Assembly: GCA_947304135.1 (NCBI GenBank)
Contig: CAMYZZ010000001.1
Location: 24,872-88,871, forward strand
Length of the DNA stretch: 64,000 nucleotides
From: an uncultured Candidatus Saccharibacteria bacterium
GTDB lineage: Bacteria; Patescibacteriota; Saccharimonadia; Saccharimonadales; Saccharimonadaceae
Direction of reading: 5' to 3'
How positions within the stretch are numbered: the first letter of the stretch is position 1; every line of letters begins with the position of its first letter. The position numbers and the translations under genes were made by a program. The notes below the pieces were generated by a model. That model saw only the letters and a program-made list of their open reading frames with translations, made no database searches and was not told where the DNA came from. Shown piece by piece: positions 62,023 through 64,000 of the stretch.

Positions 62023-63150
62023 CTAGTTCAGGGTTTTGGACAATTCTAAGGCGTTTTTGATGGCGAGGTCCATGTCCCAGTAGCGGTAGGCGCCGAGGCG
62101 GCCGCCGAGGATGAGGTTTGGATATCTTTCTTTTGCTAGCGCGACGTAGTCGTTATATAGTTTTTCTGACTCATCATTGTTGACTGGATAGTATGCTTCC
62201 CCGCCCTTCTCAAAGTCGGCTGGGTACTCGTGACAGATGATAGAAGTTTTGTTTGTGACAACTTCTGGCTGGTGAATCTGATAATATTTGTAGTCATGCG
62301 AACGAGTATATGGGACGTCGGCGTCGGCCTCGTTGATGACGGCCTGGCCGAGAGAATCTTCGGTTCGCTCTTCTTCAAAACGGAGACTGCGATATGGAAG
62401 GACGCCTAGCTCATAGTCTAGAAGTTCGTCGATCTGGCCGCAGTAAATAATCTTGGCGGTCTCTGGGATTTCTGATTTGATATCGTTGAAGCTTGTGCCA
62501 AGTTTGGTATCAATATTGTCGGAGCTTAAAAGATTTTCGACAATTTTGGTGTAACCTTCTTTTGGAATACCCTGGTGCTTGGCGGTAATAAAATAGCGAT
62601 TGTCGTGAGAAAAACGAACTGGGATGCGCGACAAAATTGCGGCAGAGATATTGGTGGCTTTTTCGTGCCACTGCTTCTCGGTGTAATTCTTGAGAAATGC
62701 CGTGTAGAGTTTTTTGCCAACAAGAGAGAGACCTTTTTCTTCGAAATTCTTTGGGTCTTTTATGCCAGTCTTTGCTGCTTCTTCGGCGACAAACTTCTCG
62801 GCTTCTTCGGCAGTCATATTGGTACCATATAGGAGATTGATAGTATCCAAGTTGATTGGCATCGGATAGAGCTTGCCGTCATGTCTGGTATCTACAGTAT
62901 GAACATAATCGTTAAACTCGCCAAACTTGGTAATATAATCCCAGACCTCGTCGAGCTCGGTATGAAAAATGTGTGAGCCGTATTTGTGGATTTCGATGCC
63001 GGTTTCTGCGTCGGTATAGCTATAGATATTACCGGCGAGATGATCACGACGATCGATTACTAGAACTTTTTTATCTTTTTCTGCTAGTCTCTCTGCCACC
63101 ACTGCGCCAAAGATACCAGCGCCAACAATAATATAATCGTACTTTTCCAT
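62023..63150 (-). CDS. glf: UDP-galactopyranose mutase
   Basis: IVGAGIFG, HKYGSHIFHT, YRSLRF, PYYP-like AYYP, GRLGAYRYWDMD. Confidence 0.95.
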   Translation of the reverse strand: MEKYDYIIVGAGIFGAVVAERLAEKDKKVLVIDRRDHLAGNIYSYTDAETGIEIHKYGSHIFHTELDEVWDYITKFGEFNDYVHTVDTRHDGKLYPMPINLDTINLLYGTNMTAEEAEKFVAEEAAKTGIKDPKNFEEKGLSLVGKKLYTAFLKNYTEKQWHEKATNISAAILSRIPVRFSHDNRYFITAKHQGIPKEGYTKIVENLLSSDNIDTKLGTSFNDIKSEIPETAKIIYCGQIDELLDYELGVLPYRSLRFEEERTEDSLGQAVINEADADVPYTRSHDYKYYQIHQPEVVTNKTSIICHEYPADFEKGGEAYYPVNNDESEKLYNDYVALAKERYPNLILGGRLGAYRYWDMDLAIKNALELSKTLN

Positions 63151-63186
63151 ATGATTATTATAGCATAGGTGGTGCGGGTGCACGGA

Positions 63187-64000
63187 CTAGAGGCCAGCTT
63201 TTTTCTTTTTGCGGTAGGTCTTGAAAACTACCGTAAAGGCTTTTGGCGAAATGTCTAGGATCATACGAAGAGCACGCCAGTGGTTTTTTGGAAAATAGGA
63301 GCGCTTTAACATGCCCTTATTATCGGCATCGTGGAATTCTGCGCGCATGCGGAGGAGGAATTTTTCTAGGTCTTTGTCGGAAAGACGAAGCATATTCCAA
63401 TGATAGCCGGCAAATTTGGCGGCCTGAAAAATACAGCCGTAAGCATCCATAAGCTTTCGTTTTTTAAGGAAATCCTCTATCTCGGCATATTCTTTGTTAA
63501 CGGCAAAAACTTTCTCGCCGCTTTTTACAGAAGAAGTTTCGTTGTCGCGGCGATAGTGTAAATAGGCCTTTTCCGAAAAGACGATCTTGCCACCGGCAGC
63601 CAAAGTCTTAAAATTGAAGCTGGTGTCCTGATAAGATGCACCTGGAGTATCTAGGAAAAAGATTTTTTCTTTGATGAGGAAGGCTTTTTTGTAGAGTCCT
63701 GCCCAGATGGCCGGACCATAATAAAAGACACGGCTATCTTCCAGCGGGTTTACAATTTTGTTGGCGTCTGCTTCGGTAAAGTTTTCGTGCAGGAGATCTT
63801 CACCGTTTCGATATTCGAAGTAGTTGCAGCGGACAACATCGGCGTCGTATTTTTTGGCGAGCGCATAAAGCTCAATGAACATGGCTGGGTCGACAAAATC
63901 GTCTGGCTCGACAATGCCGATATATTCGCCTTTGGCCAGTTTGATTCCCTGGTTCAATGTGTCGCCATAGCCTGTGTTCTTTTTGGTGACGATTTTGATG
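63187..64000 (-). CDS. Glycosyltransferase family 2, 5'-truncated by the window edge
   Basis: GYGDTLNQG, GIVEPDDF, TPGASYQD; frame stays open to the end of the window. Confidence 0.85.
   Translation of the reverse strand, partial: IKIVTKKNTGYGDTLNQGIKLAKGEYIGIVEPDDFVDPAMFIELYALAKKYDADVVRCNYFEYRNGEDLLHENFTEADANKIVNPLEDSRVFYYGPAIWAGLYKKAFLIKEKIFFLDTPGASYQDTSFNFKTLAAGGKIVFSEKAYLHYRRDNETSSVKSGEKVFAVNKEYAEIEDFLKKRKLMDAYGCIFQAAKFAGYHWNMLRLSDKDLEKFLLRMRAEFHDADNKGMLKRSYFPKNHWRALRMILDISPKAFTVVFKTYRKKKKAGL

Overview
Chromosomal window of a small-genome bacterium. Gene style suggests Candidatus Saccharibacteria (TM7, Patescibacteria/CPR), probably a gut or rumen lineage; this is inferred from the minor-pilin cluster, membrane-anchored Clp ATPase, lamin-tail protein and short TsaB. 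Genetic code 11. Housekeeping genes: aspS, uppP, yebC, rny, tsaB/tsaE, a PilB-like ATPase, dnaJ and dnaK with CIRCE operators, ackA, pta, a MurC-like ligase and five tRNAs (Pro-UGG, Pro-CGG, Arg-UCG, fMet, probable Ile2). There is also a type IV minor-pilin cluster with a 1286-aa Cys-rich putative adhesin, and a cell-surface glycan locus (GtrA, O-antigen-ligase-like, GT4, sugar-1-P transferase, galE, GT2s, GT-C, wzm/wzt, glf). Strongest leads: (1) a ~1016-aa surface protein whose C-terminal C-type-lectin-like domain ends in a 51-codon stretch with the codon signature of a diversity-generating retroelement (DGR) variable region, with no RT or template repeat in the window; (2) that gene's 236-nt structured, switch-like leader; (3) a VTC + DUF4956 + beta-helix (DUF4353) operon that could be a bacterial polyphosphate synthesis/export/display module; (4) an orphan ~265-nt promoter-to-terminator structured transcript; (5) unannotated small ORFs with clear expression signals (44 aa, 26 aa); (6) pervasive leaderless promoters together with an initiator tRNA that lacks one of the three canonical anticodon-stem G-C pairs; (7) a dispersed family of long palindromic elements. 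All family assignments are from motif recognition by eye; no searches were run.
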